64,000 bases of DNA from Gordius albopunctatus (Eukaryota), in contig OZ193910.1 in NCBI GenBank assembly GCA_964276515.1, forward strand, positions 4,588,001 to 4,652,000, given 5' to 3'. Shown one piece after another: positions 38,946-50,610 of this stretch; the first letter of the stretch is position 1, and each line of letters begins with the position of its first letter. Position numbers and translations under genes: made by a program. Below the pieces are notes generated by a model, which was not told the DNA's origin, did no database searches, and saw nothing but the letters and a program-made list of their open reading frames with translations.

Positions 38946-41900
38946 TTCTTCTTCCTTATCAGTTATTTGGTCCCTCATTGGTGAGGTTTGTTTTGATAAG
39001 TTTCTTCCATCTTGACCGGGTGAGTGCCATGTCTTGACTAATCTCTTTAGTTTCCATAACTTTATCGACTTGCCTTTTCCACGTGACACGGGGTCGTCCT
39101 CTTCTTCTCTTCCCCGGTACCTCCATGTCCAGTACTTTTCTATTTACGTCATCCGTATCCTTCCTTAGTATATGACCATACCACCTTAGTCGCTTTTCGT
39201 TAATCATGTCTGCCATAGATTGAATACCCATTTTTGTCATGAAAAAGTCATTCGTCATATGGTAGAGCTTAGTATACCCCAAGCTCCACCGTATCATTCT
39301 CATCTCTGTGGCTTGTAATAGCTTTAATTCCGTGGTGTTTAATGCCCATGTTTCACTTCCATAGAGTAACACCGGTCTTACGATGGATTTGTAAGTTTTG
39401 CTCTTCAACCATATTGGCATTTTCTTGTCACACAAAACACCGGATATACTTCGCCATTTAAGCCATCCTTTTTGGATCCTGCCATTGATTTCTGTTGTGC
39501 AACCTCCCTCTTGATGTAGCATCGAGCCGAGGTATGTGAACCTCTCTACTTTTGGGTACTTTAGATGGTCATCCAGCGATGGTGTGCCTGTACCGTTCAT
39601 CTCCATGTATACCGTTTTTCTATCGTTGACCTTTAAACCATATCCAGCTAAGCGCTTTGACCATTTTTCGGCTTATTCGAATACTTTCTCTCTTGTTTCC
39701 TCGCATAGTACTATATCATCGGCATATAGCATACACCATGGGGAAGGCTTTTGAAAGTCCCTCGTTATCGTATCTATAATTATATTAAATAAAAAGGGAC
39801 TTAAAGCAGAGCCTTGATGTAATCCAATATTAACCCGCAAAGGTTTAGAGTTTCCAACTGTCGTCCTAACGCAAGAGTTTGAGGCTTCATAGATATTTTT
39901 CATAAGCCGTATATATGCGTCAGGGATATTTTGTTTCCTCAGGCACCACCATATTAAATCGCGAGGGACCGTGTCATAAGCTTTCTCCAAGTCGATAAAA
40001 ACCATATGTAGGTCTTTCCTCTTTTCACCATACTTATCCATCATTTGTCTTGGGGCGAAGATTGGGTCGATTGTCTATTTGCCGGCCACGAATCCGAATT
40101 GATTAGCCGATATTTCTACCTCGTTTTTCAGCTTTGTTACTAAGATTCCTTCCATAAGCTTCAAGGAGTGGCAAGTTAGCTTGATACCTCTGTAATCGCC
40201 TCAGTCCTGAGGGTCTCCCTTGCCTTTAAATAATGGTATAATCGTGCTTTCTCTCCATTGATTAGGGATTCGCTCTTCTACCAATATCTTGTTAAGGAGG
40301 TTCGTCATGGTGGTGACTCCTTCTTCACGACATCCGATCAATGCTTCCATAGGTATTCCATCTGGACCATTTGCTTTTCCTTTTTGTATCTTGTTCATTT
40401 GTGTTCTAACTTCATCCTCCTGAAAGAGTATGACCATATTTATATTTGGCTCAATTTCGGGAAGGGAATCCTTGTAGTTTGCAATATTCATAAGTTTCTT
40501 AAAATATCCTTTCCACCTTTCCATCACTTCTTTCGGCTTGAATAAGATTTGACCTTTCTCGCTTTTGACTATTTTAAGAACTGCGACATCGCGACTTTTC
40601 TTCTCCCTTATATTGGCCAATTTGTACATAAGCCTATCGCCCGCTTTATGATCCAGTTTGTTTGCCATCTCGGTGTACGCGGCATTCTTCGCTTTTGCAA
40701 CGGGCTTTTTTGCGGCCCTCTTTGCGTACCTTTACTCTTGATAATCCTCCGACTTTTTTGATTTATGCCACCGTCTATATAGATTTTTCTTTCTTTCGAT
40801 GAAATCTTTAACCGATTGATCCCACCACCATAGTTCCCTATTCATAGCTTTGCCTCCTTTGGTCTATCCTAGAACACGAATCACTGTTTCCTTAATTTCC
40901 TTAGATAGCGTCTCCCAATCGTCGTCTACGTCCCTTTGCAACTTCCTTGCACCCAAGAGTGAGCAGGCTTTTTGATGGTATTCTTTGTTCGTCGACGTAT
41001 CCTTTAGACTTTCGTATCGAATTCGAGGTTCATAGAACTTTCTTCTTTCGGGAAATACTCTTCTGTCAAGATCCATAACAAGGGTACGATGTTGCCTGGC
41101 GATTTCTTCTCCCGGTATCACTTTGCAATCCTTGATACTCCATAAGTCCTTTCGCCGTATAAGCAAATAGTCGATTTTACTAAAATGCTTCCCACTTCTA
41201 TAGGTCACAATATGATCTTCGCGCTTTTGAAAATAGGTGTTAATGATCGCCATGTCATATGCTTGGGATACTTGGAGAAGTTTTTCCCCTTCTTTGTTCT
41301 TCAGACCATGCCCATAGCCTCCATGATTGCGTTCATACCCGAGGCGATCTTTCCCAACGTGAGCGTTGAAATCTGCCCCAATAATTAGCCTTTCTTCCTG
41401 TCCTATCAATGAATCGAAGAATATGTCTTTCTCTGATTCCAAACATCCAATTTGGGGGGGCATACGGGCACATAACGGTTAGGAGCACCCACATTAGCCT
41501 GTCGGAACAACGCTTCACTTCCACCACCTTGTCCTTGAACGATTCACTTAGAACGATACCGACCCCGTTTCTACGATTTGATGACCCACTGTAGAAAAGC
41601 TTGTATCCTTCTCCTAATTCCCGAGCTTTCGTTCCGTTCCACCTCGTCTCTTGTAGGCAGGCGATGTGTAAATTTCTTCTTTTTAGCATCTGTGCGACCT
41701 CGATGCTCTTCCCCGTCAACTTTCCCACATTCCAGCACGTAATTCGCATTCTTTCCACAACTAGTTTTCTTAACCGCCTTCGTTGTGAATTGGGCAGTAA
41801 CCCTAGTGTATTTTTCACATTGCACGGGCGGGGTATGCAGTGCGCGTCGTTTGTGGAGGACGCTCTAGCTTTTTCTTGTAAAATCCTGTTTGAAACTATC

Positions 41901-41983
41901 ATAGTTCTGGAGTTGATTTTTATAGCTGGTTTCCGACCTGACGCCAACCCTCCACTTTTTGCACACGGACTTGGGACCGTCGT
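38946..41983 (-). mobile_element. Full-length but inactivated RTE-clade non-LTR retrotransposon (APE + RT)
   Basis: APE motifs (ITCWNVG, ACLQETRW, GADFNAHVG, SKIDYLL), RT motifs (FIDLEKAYD, GLHQGSALSPFLF, YADD, FTYLGS) and the RTE C-terminus (RLRWYGHILR...RGRPRVTW), with a (GAA)n tail. Several in-frame stops and frameshifts (~41460, 40864, 40201, ~40075, 39673). Confidence 0.95.
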
Positions 41984-41990
41984 AAAATTA
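41942..41990 (-). ncRNA. Twister ribozyme-like motif at the RTE 5' end (P1 5' strand absent)
   Basis: The - strand reads TAA-TTTT-AC-G-ACGG-TCCCAAGT-CCGT-GTGCAAAA-AGTG-GAGGG-TTGGCG. This aligns to the rice-type twister as recalled, UAA-CACU-GC..CCGG-UCCCAAGC-CCGG-AUAAA-AGUG-GAGGG, with compensatory changes in P4 and T2. Confidence 0.75.
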
Positions 41991-43760
41991 AAAAATTTTT
42001 TGTCCTCTCCCGGGATTGAACACGAACCTCCAGGTCGGGAAGCTGGTGTAAATACATTGGTGGACGACGAACGACGGACAGACAACAAAAAACGAGCCCA
42101 TAAATTGCATAGCAATTAATAGCAGATCAATACACAAATCTACATTAAAAGGTACATTTAAATATATCATAAAGCGCATATAGATTTAAAAAATGGAAGA
42201 GTGGTATACCACGAAATATTGATTTCCTATTAAGTATGTTATATAAAATTAAAGTATAATAACTAATTTAGACACTATAATCTCTTGGAAATTAATTTAT
42301 ACGTATGTGTGGGATCCCGCAAAATATATAGCCCAACATCATGGGCGTAGCCATAATTTGAATTCGAGGGGAGCAATAATGATTTAGGGAGGGACAAAAT
42401 GATAATTTTTTGAAATTTTAGCCTTATTTTTATTAAATTTTAAAGAATTTATAGATTTAGAGGGGGCAGCCGCCCCCCTGCCTCCCCTTGGTAACGCCCA
42501 TGGACAACATTAGGTTTTCGAAGTCATATTTTTTAAATAAAGGGTTTAAGAAAATATATCCTAAAAGCAAGTGGCGCATGCACATTATATCTCAATTGTT
42601 GGTTTAAAGTCAAGAAGCTATTAATTTCTCCGAGATATAATTCATTCGAATTAGTTAATGTTGGTAATTAACTTCAACCTAAATTCTATATTTAGCTTGA
42701 ATTAAATGGAACTTAAATTAGCATTATTTATATAGAAGTGAATCGAATTCTTTAAATAATCAGAATAACCTTGAAACATACAATTATATATATCCTTTAT
42801 ACCATTTGATTAAACGTGCATTTACTTGACTTTTGCAAAGCTTATTATATTAATAAGCAAAAATGTATGCCTGACTTAACTAATAATAAAAAACGCAAAA
42901 CTTGTTGCATAAATTAGGCCCTAGTGCTATATTATTGACAGGGACTTTTAAGAAAAACGCAAATTTATTAATTTAACGAAAACAAATAGATTAGAGGTCT
43001 GCATGTGCCCGTTCAGCTCGCGGTCCATAGACCATGGCCGGCCGGAGCCCGGGTCAGGCTTTAAATAGGGTTGATTAAAAGTGCGGGCAGGGCTTGGGTC
43101 TAGATTGGTAAAAGAGTTCGGGCCTTTTTTGCTCTCTTATAGAATTATGAATATAAGAAAGAACGAAGGAACGCATATTTTAATTACTAATATAGGTTTA
43201 GAATGTTTAATTATAATAAAGGCAGTAATCTGTAGAGAATTATTCATAACTTAATATTTATTTTCTTGGACTAAATTTAAAGATTGGGAATTTTAACGCA
43301 GATGTACTTCTATGATTAAGAACTTCAACTACTCTATAATTTCCTTAATTCCTGCCATCAGCGCAAGTAGAGATGTTAAAATGCTTATATGCTACATGCT
43401 CAACACTGGTAATAGCCACTTATCTCCTACCATTCCCATCTAGCATAACGAGCAGATGCTGCTTAATAACCCGGTTACTAGCACTAGCATATTAAAGCTG
43501 CCGATGGCTGCCGGTTGAGTAAGATATAAACTAGCTGGGCATCGATTTTTCTATAGTGTATTATTTTATTGTCTATTATTGTCATATTGTATTTACTAAG
43601 TTACTCCTAACTTAAATACATGAAAATATGACAAAAGTACTGCTAGAATCTTGAAAAATCCTCATTTAGAATCTGGCAGTTTGGGCAGCCCTTATAATAT
43701 GGCCATGACTGGGAGAGGCGTAGAAGGATTCGGGCAAATAATTAAGTTCTACATTCGACC

Positions 43761-44935
43761 TAGAGCCCTGCAAAATTGAATTTTATCGGCCCGAGCCCGA
43801 CGCGAGCCCGAAACTTTTTTTTATTTTTTACACGAGCCCGACCTGATTTGTTTTTTTCACTCAGGCCCGACCCGAGCCCGAGCCCGGCCCGACTTTTGTA
43901 AAAATGTAAATTTGTACCAATTTTATTTCAAAAATTTATTTATAAATATATTACGTATCGCGAATATTATGTGATTTAAAATATGAATAATTGTGGTAAA
44001 TAAATAAAGTGGAGTCTAATTTCTCGGGTTTTAACGAAGTCCTTCTCTCTTCGTAAGCTCCCCCAGCTGTGGAAAAGGCTCGCTCACTGCTAGCTGATGT
44101 AGCAGGTATTGCCAAATACTTTCTAGCCAAATTGCTCCAACAAGGAAATTCACTCTGATGCATCTTGCACCATTCCAAAACTTCCATACCATCAATATAA
44201 TTCGTATTTAAATATTTATGTAATTGATCTTCCTCAGCTTCGTTATCTATTCTGGGCTCTTCCCAACTACTAAAATCTAAAAATTCTTCCTCCATTATAT
44301 TATCTAGAAAAACAATAAGTGCTTAATGCAAATTAAAGAAATACAATGCTCGACGGCTAAACCGGAGAATTAGCCTTAATCCTTTCCTCCATAATTATTA
44401 AATTTCGTATATGATGACAAATGTCATCAAATTCATAGCGAGGCAGCATTATTAAATTTCGATACTTTGGATTTAATAATGCGGATAATTTATGAATCGG
44501 CTTTGCATCAGCCTCCAATTCATCACTAGCCGTTTTAAATGGCTTCAGAAATTTTATTAGGCTTTTAACTATTTCTATATCGATATTCTCTATAATTGCC
44601 GAATGACCCCGTGATTGCAAAACAGCCGATATATTATTATATTGGTTGTATTAGGGTTTAAAAACACGCAACGCGTCTAAATCAAAAACTTAAAATCAAA
44701 CAAATTAATATATGGGGGGGGGGGGGTAGTAAAATTCTAAATATTTATTTGTAGGGGGATTATTTTGTATTGTAATTATATTTTGGATTAATATTTATTC
44801 AAACTTTTTTTTGGGCTCGGGCTACGGGTCGGGCTGGCCCATCAGGCCCGATCCAAGCCCGAGGCCCGATCAATGTTTTAAAATTTGCCCGAGCCCGGCC
44901 CGAAAGCCCGTCGGGCCGGGCCGAACTCGCAGGTT
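43761..44935 (-). mobile_element. hAT transposon relic with C-terminal dimerisation domain
   Basis: ORFs 44357-44620 (LKPFKTASDELEAD) and 43951-44295 (WC.MHQSEFP...ARKYLAIPATSASSERAFS). TAGAGCCCTGCA terminus and CCCGAGCCCG subterminal arrays at both ends. Confidence 0.85.
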
Positions 44936-45061
44936 AGGGCACAAAATTTTAAATAATTCTGGCTGTGTATAAAATATAAAACGTTATACAAATTATGGAT
45001 TACTTTTTTGCCCAGCGATTATCTCTCTAGAAATTCACTTCAGGTGGGAGCATGAATTGTT

Positions 45062-46320
45062 TACACAACAAATTATTTGCTAAGTATTTTAATAAAATTG
45101 CTAAGTATTTAATTCATTTGCTAAGTATTTTATTTGTTTGCTAAGTATTTAAATTATATGCTAAGTATTTTAATGTTTTGCTAAGTATTTAAATTATATG
45201 CTAAGTATTTAAATTATTTCTAAGTATTTAAATAAATTATGCCAAGTATTTAAATTATTTGCTAAGCATTTAAATAAATTATGCTAAGTATTTAATTATA
45301 TGCTAGGTTTATAAATATATTATGCTAAGTATTCAAAAGATTTTATAAATTTTAAAATAAATTAAGCTGTCTCTTTTTTATATAACATTTAATATGACAT
45401 TGTGAATGTGATCGAACAATAACTGGCGTTCTTTGGCGCCAATATCACACACCAATTTGACATACATTCATTTAATTGCTTAATTATGGAAGTCCAACAA
45501 ATCTCTCCTTATTTATCAGACGAAGAGGAAGAAGCAGCAAACTCAGGAATTGAAATTCATAGCAGGCAGTTGTACAGATATTTTTTTATTCAAATCTAAA
45601 ATAAATTATTTCCCCCTCCCTCTTATTTTTTACCCTCTTCCTCACCAGGATGGAGGGGTGTGATTTGACCCCCCCCTTATTTTTTGCTCTTTTTCTCACC
45701 AGGGGGGAAGGGGGCCCCCTTATTTTTTACCTTCTTTCTTACCAGGGAGGGGTAGGAGATTATTTGCGCCCCCCCCCTCTTTTTACCCCCTTTCTCACAA
45801 AAAGGGGGGGGGGTGGAGTGAGAAAAGAGGGAGGGGCAAATCACCCCCTACCCCCATCTGGTTAGAAAGAGGGTAAAAAATAAGGGGGAGGGGGGGGGGG
45901 TGAAAAAGGGGGGGGGCGCAAATAATCTCCCTCCCCCTAGATAAGAAAAAAGGTAAAAAAAGAACGGGGGGGGGGTCAAATCACCCCCCTCCCCTCTGGT
46001 GAGAAAGAGGGTAAAAAATAAGGGGGAGGGGAAACCAACGGGACAAAAAATTTAATACTCAGCATTTTTATTAAAATTCATAATTTAGATTTTTTAAATC
46101 AAATACTTAGCATTAATAAAAAAACTTAGCATATCAAAATAAAAACTTAGCAATTTAATAATAAAAATTTAGCATTTAAAAATAAAAAGCTTAGGATTTA
46201 GAAATAAAATACTTGGCATAAAATATTTAGCGTTTTTTAATAAAATACTTAGCACTTTAATTAAAATACTTAGCATAAATTACTTAGCAATTTGTAATTA
46301 TTTACTTAGCACTTAAATAA
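45062..46320. repeat. Foldback structure: inverted ~20-bp minisatellite arms around a GC-rich palindrome
   Basis: (TGCTAAGTATTT..)n at 45078-45335 is inverted as (AATACTTAGCA..)n at 46055-46312. The C-run/G-run inverted arms span 45608-46034. Confidence 0.8.
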
Positions 46321-46439
46321 CACCCAATTGTTTATAATTCTGATCTATTCAATTGATATTTAAAATAAAAAATTTTCGTTTCTGTTCAAAAATAAAGCTC
46401 TTCAAAAAAAAGCTGATCAGAAAAAAAAGCTAAACTTTC

Positions 46440-47845
46440 TGACTCGCTGGTTCGATACCCAGAGAGGATAAATTTTTTTTAAATTAAATTAATATTTTGT
46501 TTTTGTGAATACCATTTATAATATGACTTTTTGACCGTGTCCTGGCTACTGACGATTAAAAAAATGACCATTGGCCAAATTGTGAATTGGAATTTTTTTC
46601 GTCTCATATGTATTTATATCCTTCTGGGTACTGACCAATAAAATATTTACCAATAAAAAAGGGATCCATTGAAATTTTCAGATTATTCAATTCAATTTAG
46701 TATAATTTTTTTAAATTAGTGCTAAAGTCTTTATCTTTATTATCAGTATATTTTGTAGTGTTCAAATACCCTGAACTATCTTTTCAGCCTTTTTAAGCTT
46801 TGTTTTTATATGAGTTTTAACTTTTAAGTATACTAAATCTTTTGGATAAAATGCTAAAAATTCCAGACTTTAAGTCTGTTAGGCTAATAAATTTTTGTTT
46901 AAACTAAATATTTTACATTATTTGAAAATTAATTGATGTTTATCATTTATTATCTATTATATACTAATAAAATGTTATTTGTATTATTTTGAAGTATAAC
47001 CTTAATTATAGTTATTTACTAAACTTGACAATCCTAAACATTAATAACAATTATAATTAAAAAAAGGCTTATCATCCTTCAAAATATTTTTCATCATATT
47101 ATTAAACTCCCCAAAATCATGTCTTTGTTCATATAATATAATACATTTTTTTTCCTTCTAATCGATTTTTCCAAGCATAGTCAGAGAGTAAAAGGATTAA
47201 TAAAGAAATTGTATTCATGAAACGTGAATCGCGTATTTGGACAGAAAAAAATGACGGGGTTGAAGTTGTAGCGCGTATTAAGACGGAGCCTAACTGTGAG
47301 GGAGGGGAAGCAGTTATTAAATTTCAACTCGTACGTAACTTGTTAATACGCATCTTAACCTATATTTTAATCTAACCCATTTATCGATTTTTAAATTTAG
47401 TCAAGTTTTATTTTAGCATTTGAAATGTATCCGACTTGCTGGTTCGATACCCGGAGAGGACAAATTTTTTTAAATTTTCATTAATATATTTTTCTTGTTA
47501 ACACCATTGATAATATGACTTTTTTGCTGTCCGCTGGCTACTGACCAGTGAAAAAATGACCATTGGCCAAAGTGAGATTAAAATCGATTTTTCCCTTGAT
47601 TATAATTATAGGCTAGTTATTTGGCTGCCTGCAACCATTAGAAAAGATCACCACTGGCCAAAGTTATGGAAAATTTGTGTAAATAATTAAATAATCATTT
47701 TGCATTTAATACCCTTCTATAGGCATTCTCGCCCCTTTCCACCTTTCTCGCCCATAAATTGCATAGCAAATATGCTACTTTTATACGGAGTATAGATGAG
47801 TTCCGTTCCCCCTTCCCTTCCCACGAGGGCCGAAGGCCCGATTTT
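46440..47845 (+). mobile_element. Second, 5'-incomplete copy of the Helentron-like family
   Basis: Array units at 46440-46640 and 47430-47580. The 3' module at 47695-47845 is the reverse complement of 34500-34645, including the subTIR (47750-47769), the hairpin GGGCC-GAA-GGCCC (47827-47839) and a T-run. Confidence 0.75.
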
Positions 47846-49071
47846 TTTTATATTATTTTAAAAATTTTGCCCCTTGTCAAATCAAGATTTTTGTATTTAA
47901 CAAATTTTTAGATTTAGAGGGGAGCAGCCACCCCTCCCCGCCCCCCCGTTGGCTACGCCCATGTCAAAATCATAAATTATCTTTAGGTTCCGGTAAAAAA
48001 GCTTGTTGAAACTCTTCGTCAACATTTTCTAATAGATATTATCTGAGTTGCAATTTGATCTGCTAGTCGAATCACATGTTGAACGTCAAGTTCCTTTTTC
48101 TACAATTGTTTGCATATGAAGGATGTCTGGCTGAAAAGCTTATATAAAAGAGGGAAATCAAGTATTTATATTTCTGAAGAGGACTATCTCTGTTATATAT
48201 ATAATTACTCTTTACTTGGTGGGGGGATGGGGATGGCCAAGTAATTTTGTGAGGAATATGCTCAATCAAGAGTTTTTCGTGGCAAGCAAACAAGTGCATT
48301 GGGTAAAAAGAAAATTATGGGTAGAAAGCTTTTGTGGTAAATTTTAAAGGTATTTATAGGCGTCTTAGTCTTTTATGCAACTATAAATACTTTTACTTAA
48401 TTTATAAATATTTATTACTCAAAATATTTTAATTATTGTTTATTTCCACCCTAAGCTACACCACTGTAGTAGAGCAAATTTTCTTAGTTGCTTGGAATTC
48501 TCGATGACTCTAAAAGGGACCACTTTTTAGCTATATAAATTTGTTGTAGAATTCATCAATAATTTCAACTACAATGTTAATTAATTTACATCTCGTGATA
48601 TCCGAGAAGTTGATTAATGGTAAATATGTTTAGCGTTACGCTTAATAATTTGATTCCTGACTAGAAACATGTCTTTTTAAAATATTTGTATGCAAAATTA
48701 TAATCATTCATTTATTATCTAGGGGGGGGGGTGGTGAAAAGTTCCTTTTTTCTTAAAAAATCAAGTTGAATTTGAATGTGTTTATTTAAAATATGGATAT
48801 TCATCTAGATTGGAATCGATTTAATTTTAATAAAGGCTTTATAACGTAAACCTTAATTTAGTAAATTAAAATGTGTTCAGAGCTGTCAGATAGAGGCCCG
48901 AATTTAAATACTATATACTGCCGGAATAGTATACGCTTTTGTATAGAAAATTTCTTCCAACAAGCAAATTATTAATTTTAAATCAGTGCTAAGCAAATCA
49001 AAATTAGTATCTACCTCCTCCTGCTTATACATTTATCTTTTATTTTACACTCTAATATAAACAGGAATAAA

Positions 49072-50133
49072 CTAAATGTTAAAAAAATGTTTTATCCACA
49101 CGTTAGTGGCATTGAATTGCATATAATCGTGATAAAATGACCGATAGAATGGTGTAAAAGTAAATAAATTGGTTAGGGGCATAGGAGAATGTATCATATC
49201 CAAGTCATTACCAATTCTATAGCCTAGCGCATCGAGATAATCTTTGCATTCATTTTGAATTTGTAAAATTATAGGTAAATCGAGGTAATAAATCCATTCT
49301 TTGTGTACTTCTTTAGATACTTTCATAGTAGAATATGGGGAATCGTTTCTATTACTAGTATAATGGTGAACGAAATTGAGAACGCTCTCGGGAATGCCTA
49401 AAGACAAAAACGCGTACAAAGTTTCTAAGGTTTGAAAGGGAAATTCTGCAGCATCTTCGTAACGAATTAAAAAATAATTGTCTGGCTTAAAGAGGTGAGA
49501 TTTAAGAGAAATTTCTAGATCGCGTTCTAATTTGGGGCAAGACAACATCATTTTATCTTCGTCATTAGCGTTAAAGCCATCCATGTGTGGCATTAATTTA
49601 TGCCTGGAGGCGAACATACCCCTAGGATCTCGGACAACATGAATTATTTTGATACCGCAATCTGAATTCTTACGTACCTCTGATATTTCCTTCAATGACA
49701 ACCTTATAATCTTAGCAATTCTAAGTTTGTGACCCCTGCATTTCTCCTCTAAATTTTTGAAATAATTCGATTTTTCAATAATTCCTTGAGATATGGGTAA
49801 ATCTTTAAGAGATTTCTCGGAATTGAAATCCATAGTCCGACTGCGCTGTTTGAAATTTGATGTTATACCGGACGCTTTATTATTTTCATAGGTCCGACCA
49901 GTGTCAAACATTAAATAATTTTGTACATCGGGGTTAGCTGAGATATTACATTGCAAAAGATCTTTCAAAAATTGCCATTTGACACTAGCATCGGCTTGGG
50001 AGTTGTGATGATCGTAAAATTGTAATGGTTCGTAATAGTATAATGATTGCGGGTATGCTCCTACTATTTCAGACACGAAAGAGGCTCCACTCCTGTAATA
50101 TCCTAAAATTATCACTAATGTTATATTATCCAT
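49072..50133 (-). CDS. Carbohydrate sulfotransferase-like protein (CHST1/3/4/5-type fold), 353 aa
   Basis: 5'-PSB YYRSGASFVSE, YYYEPL, KIIRL, 3'-PB IIHVVRDPRGMFASR, LIRYED..EFP and C-terminal IQNECKDYLDALGY. Confidence 0.9.
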   Translation of the reverse strand: MDNITLVIILGYYRSGASFVSEIVGAYPQSLYYYEPLQFYDHHNSQADASVKWQFLKDLLQCNISANPDVQNYLMFDTGRTYENNKASGITSNFKQRSRTMDFNSEKSLKDLPISQGIIEKSNYFKNLEEKCRGHKLRIAKIIRLSLKEISEVRKNSDCGIKIIHVVRDPRGMFASRHKLMPHMDGFNANDEDKMMLSCPKLERDLEISLKSHLFKPDNYFLIRYEDAAEFPFQTLETLYAFLSLGIPESVLNFVHHYTSNRNDSPYSTMKVSKEVHKEWIYYLDLPIILQIQNECKDYLDALGYRIGNDLDMIHSPMPLTNLFTFTPFYRSFYHDYMQFNATNVWIKHFFNI

Positions 50134-50610
50134 TTTGCTAATTCAAAACAAAATTAATAGGGAAAGATTGGACATTAAACCTGAAAAAGAGACATGAATA
50201 GCATACAAAGAGTTTCTATTATACTAATATGCACTCCGATTTTAATGTCATGCTATTCGTTAATAATAGTTTATAGGCTAAAAGAGCACCTTTTTGTACC
50301 TATTCCCTTCAACGATGAAATCATATAGGCTTGTGAATTATAATTAAAACTTTATTAAATATTTATTAATAACAGTTTTAAGTTTTTAAGCTTTAGCCTG
50401 TAAGGTCTAAAATTATAAATAAATACATGGAGTTTATTATAGCATGGGCCATAATTTTCAAAAATCATATTGAGAGTTATTTATAACAACATATATTTTA
50501 AAAAACGCATTTTTGAGTATTATTTGATTGGTAGAGTATTATTTCTCTTTGATTTTAGAATTTTTGTAAGCTCATTATTATATTACAAGTAAATTAATTC
50601 TCCTTGACAC

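Larger units (their letters stand above)
34500..42118 (-). mobile_element. Non-autonomous Helentron (HINE/DINE-1-like) carrying nested insertions
   Basis: Perfect 20-bp subterminal inverted repeat TTGCTATGCAATTTATGGGC (34572-34591 vs 42096-42115). On the - strand a GTCTGTCCGTC microsatellite follows the 5' subTIR, and the 3' subTIR is followed by a GGCC-GAA-GGCC hairpin and a T-run at ~34500. Central tandem repeats are present. Confidence 0.7.

Noticed and set aside
42000..42065. Functional tRNA gene
   Set aside because: Only a 3'-half-like sequence is present, with no D-arm/A-box or pairing acceptor stem. Treated as a tRNA-derived repeat.
41903..42115. N-terminal part of the 260-aa ORF 41333-42115 as RTE protein
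   Set aside because: It runs through the Helentron head and the RTE 5' leader. The RTE coding region most plausibly starts near 41902.
39536..42119. + strand ORFs antisense to the RTE (and similar antisense ORFs over the LRR, GPCR, BIG3 and hAT genes)
   Set aside because: Shadow ORFs of real coding sequence on the opposite strand, with no independent motifs.
45650..45865. Gly/Pro-rich ORF
   Set aside because: Translation of the G/C-run palindrome.
48072..48299. 75-aa ORF with WPSPSP resembling Tc1 WPSQSPDLNPIE
   Set aside because: No DLNPIE, no upstream catalytic motif and no TIRs.
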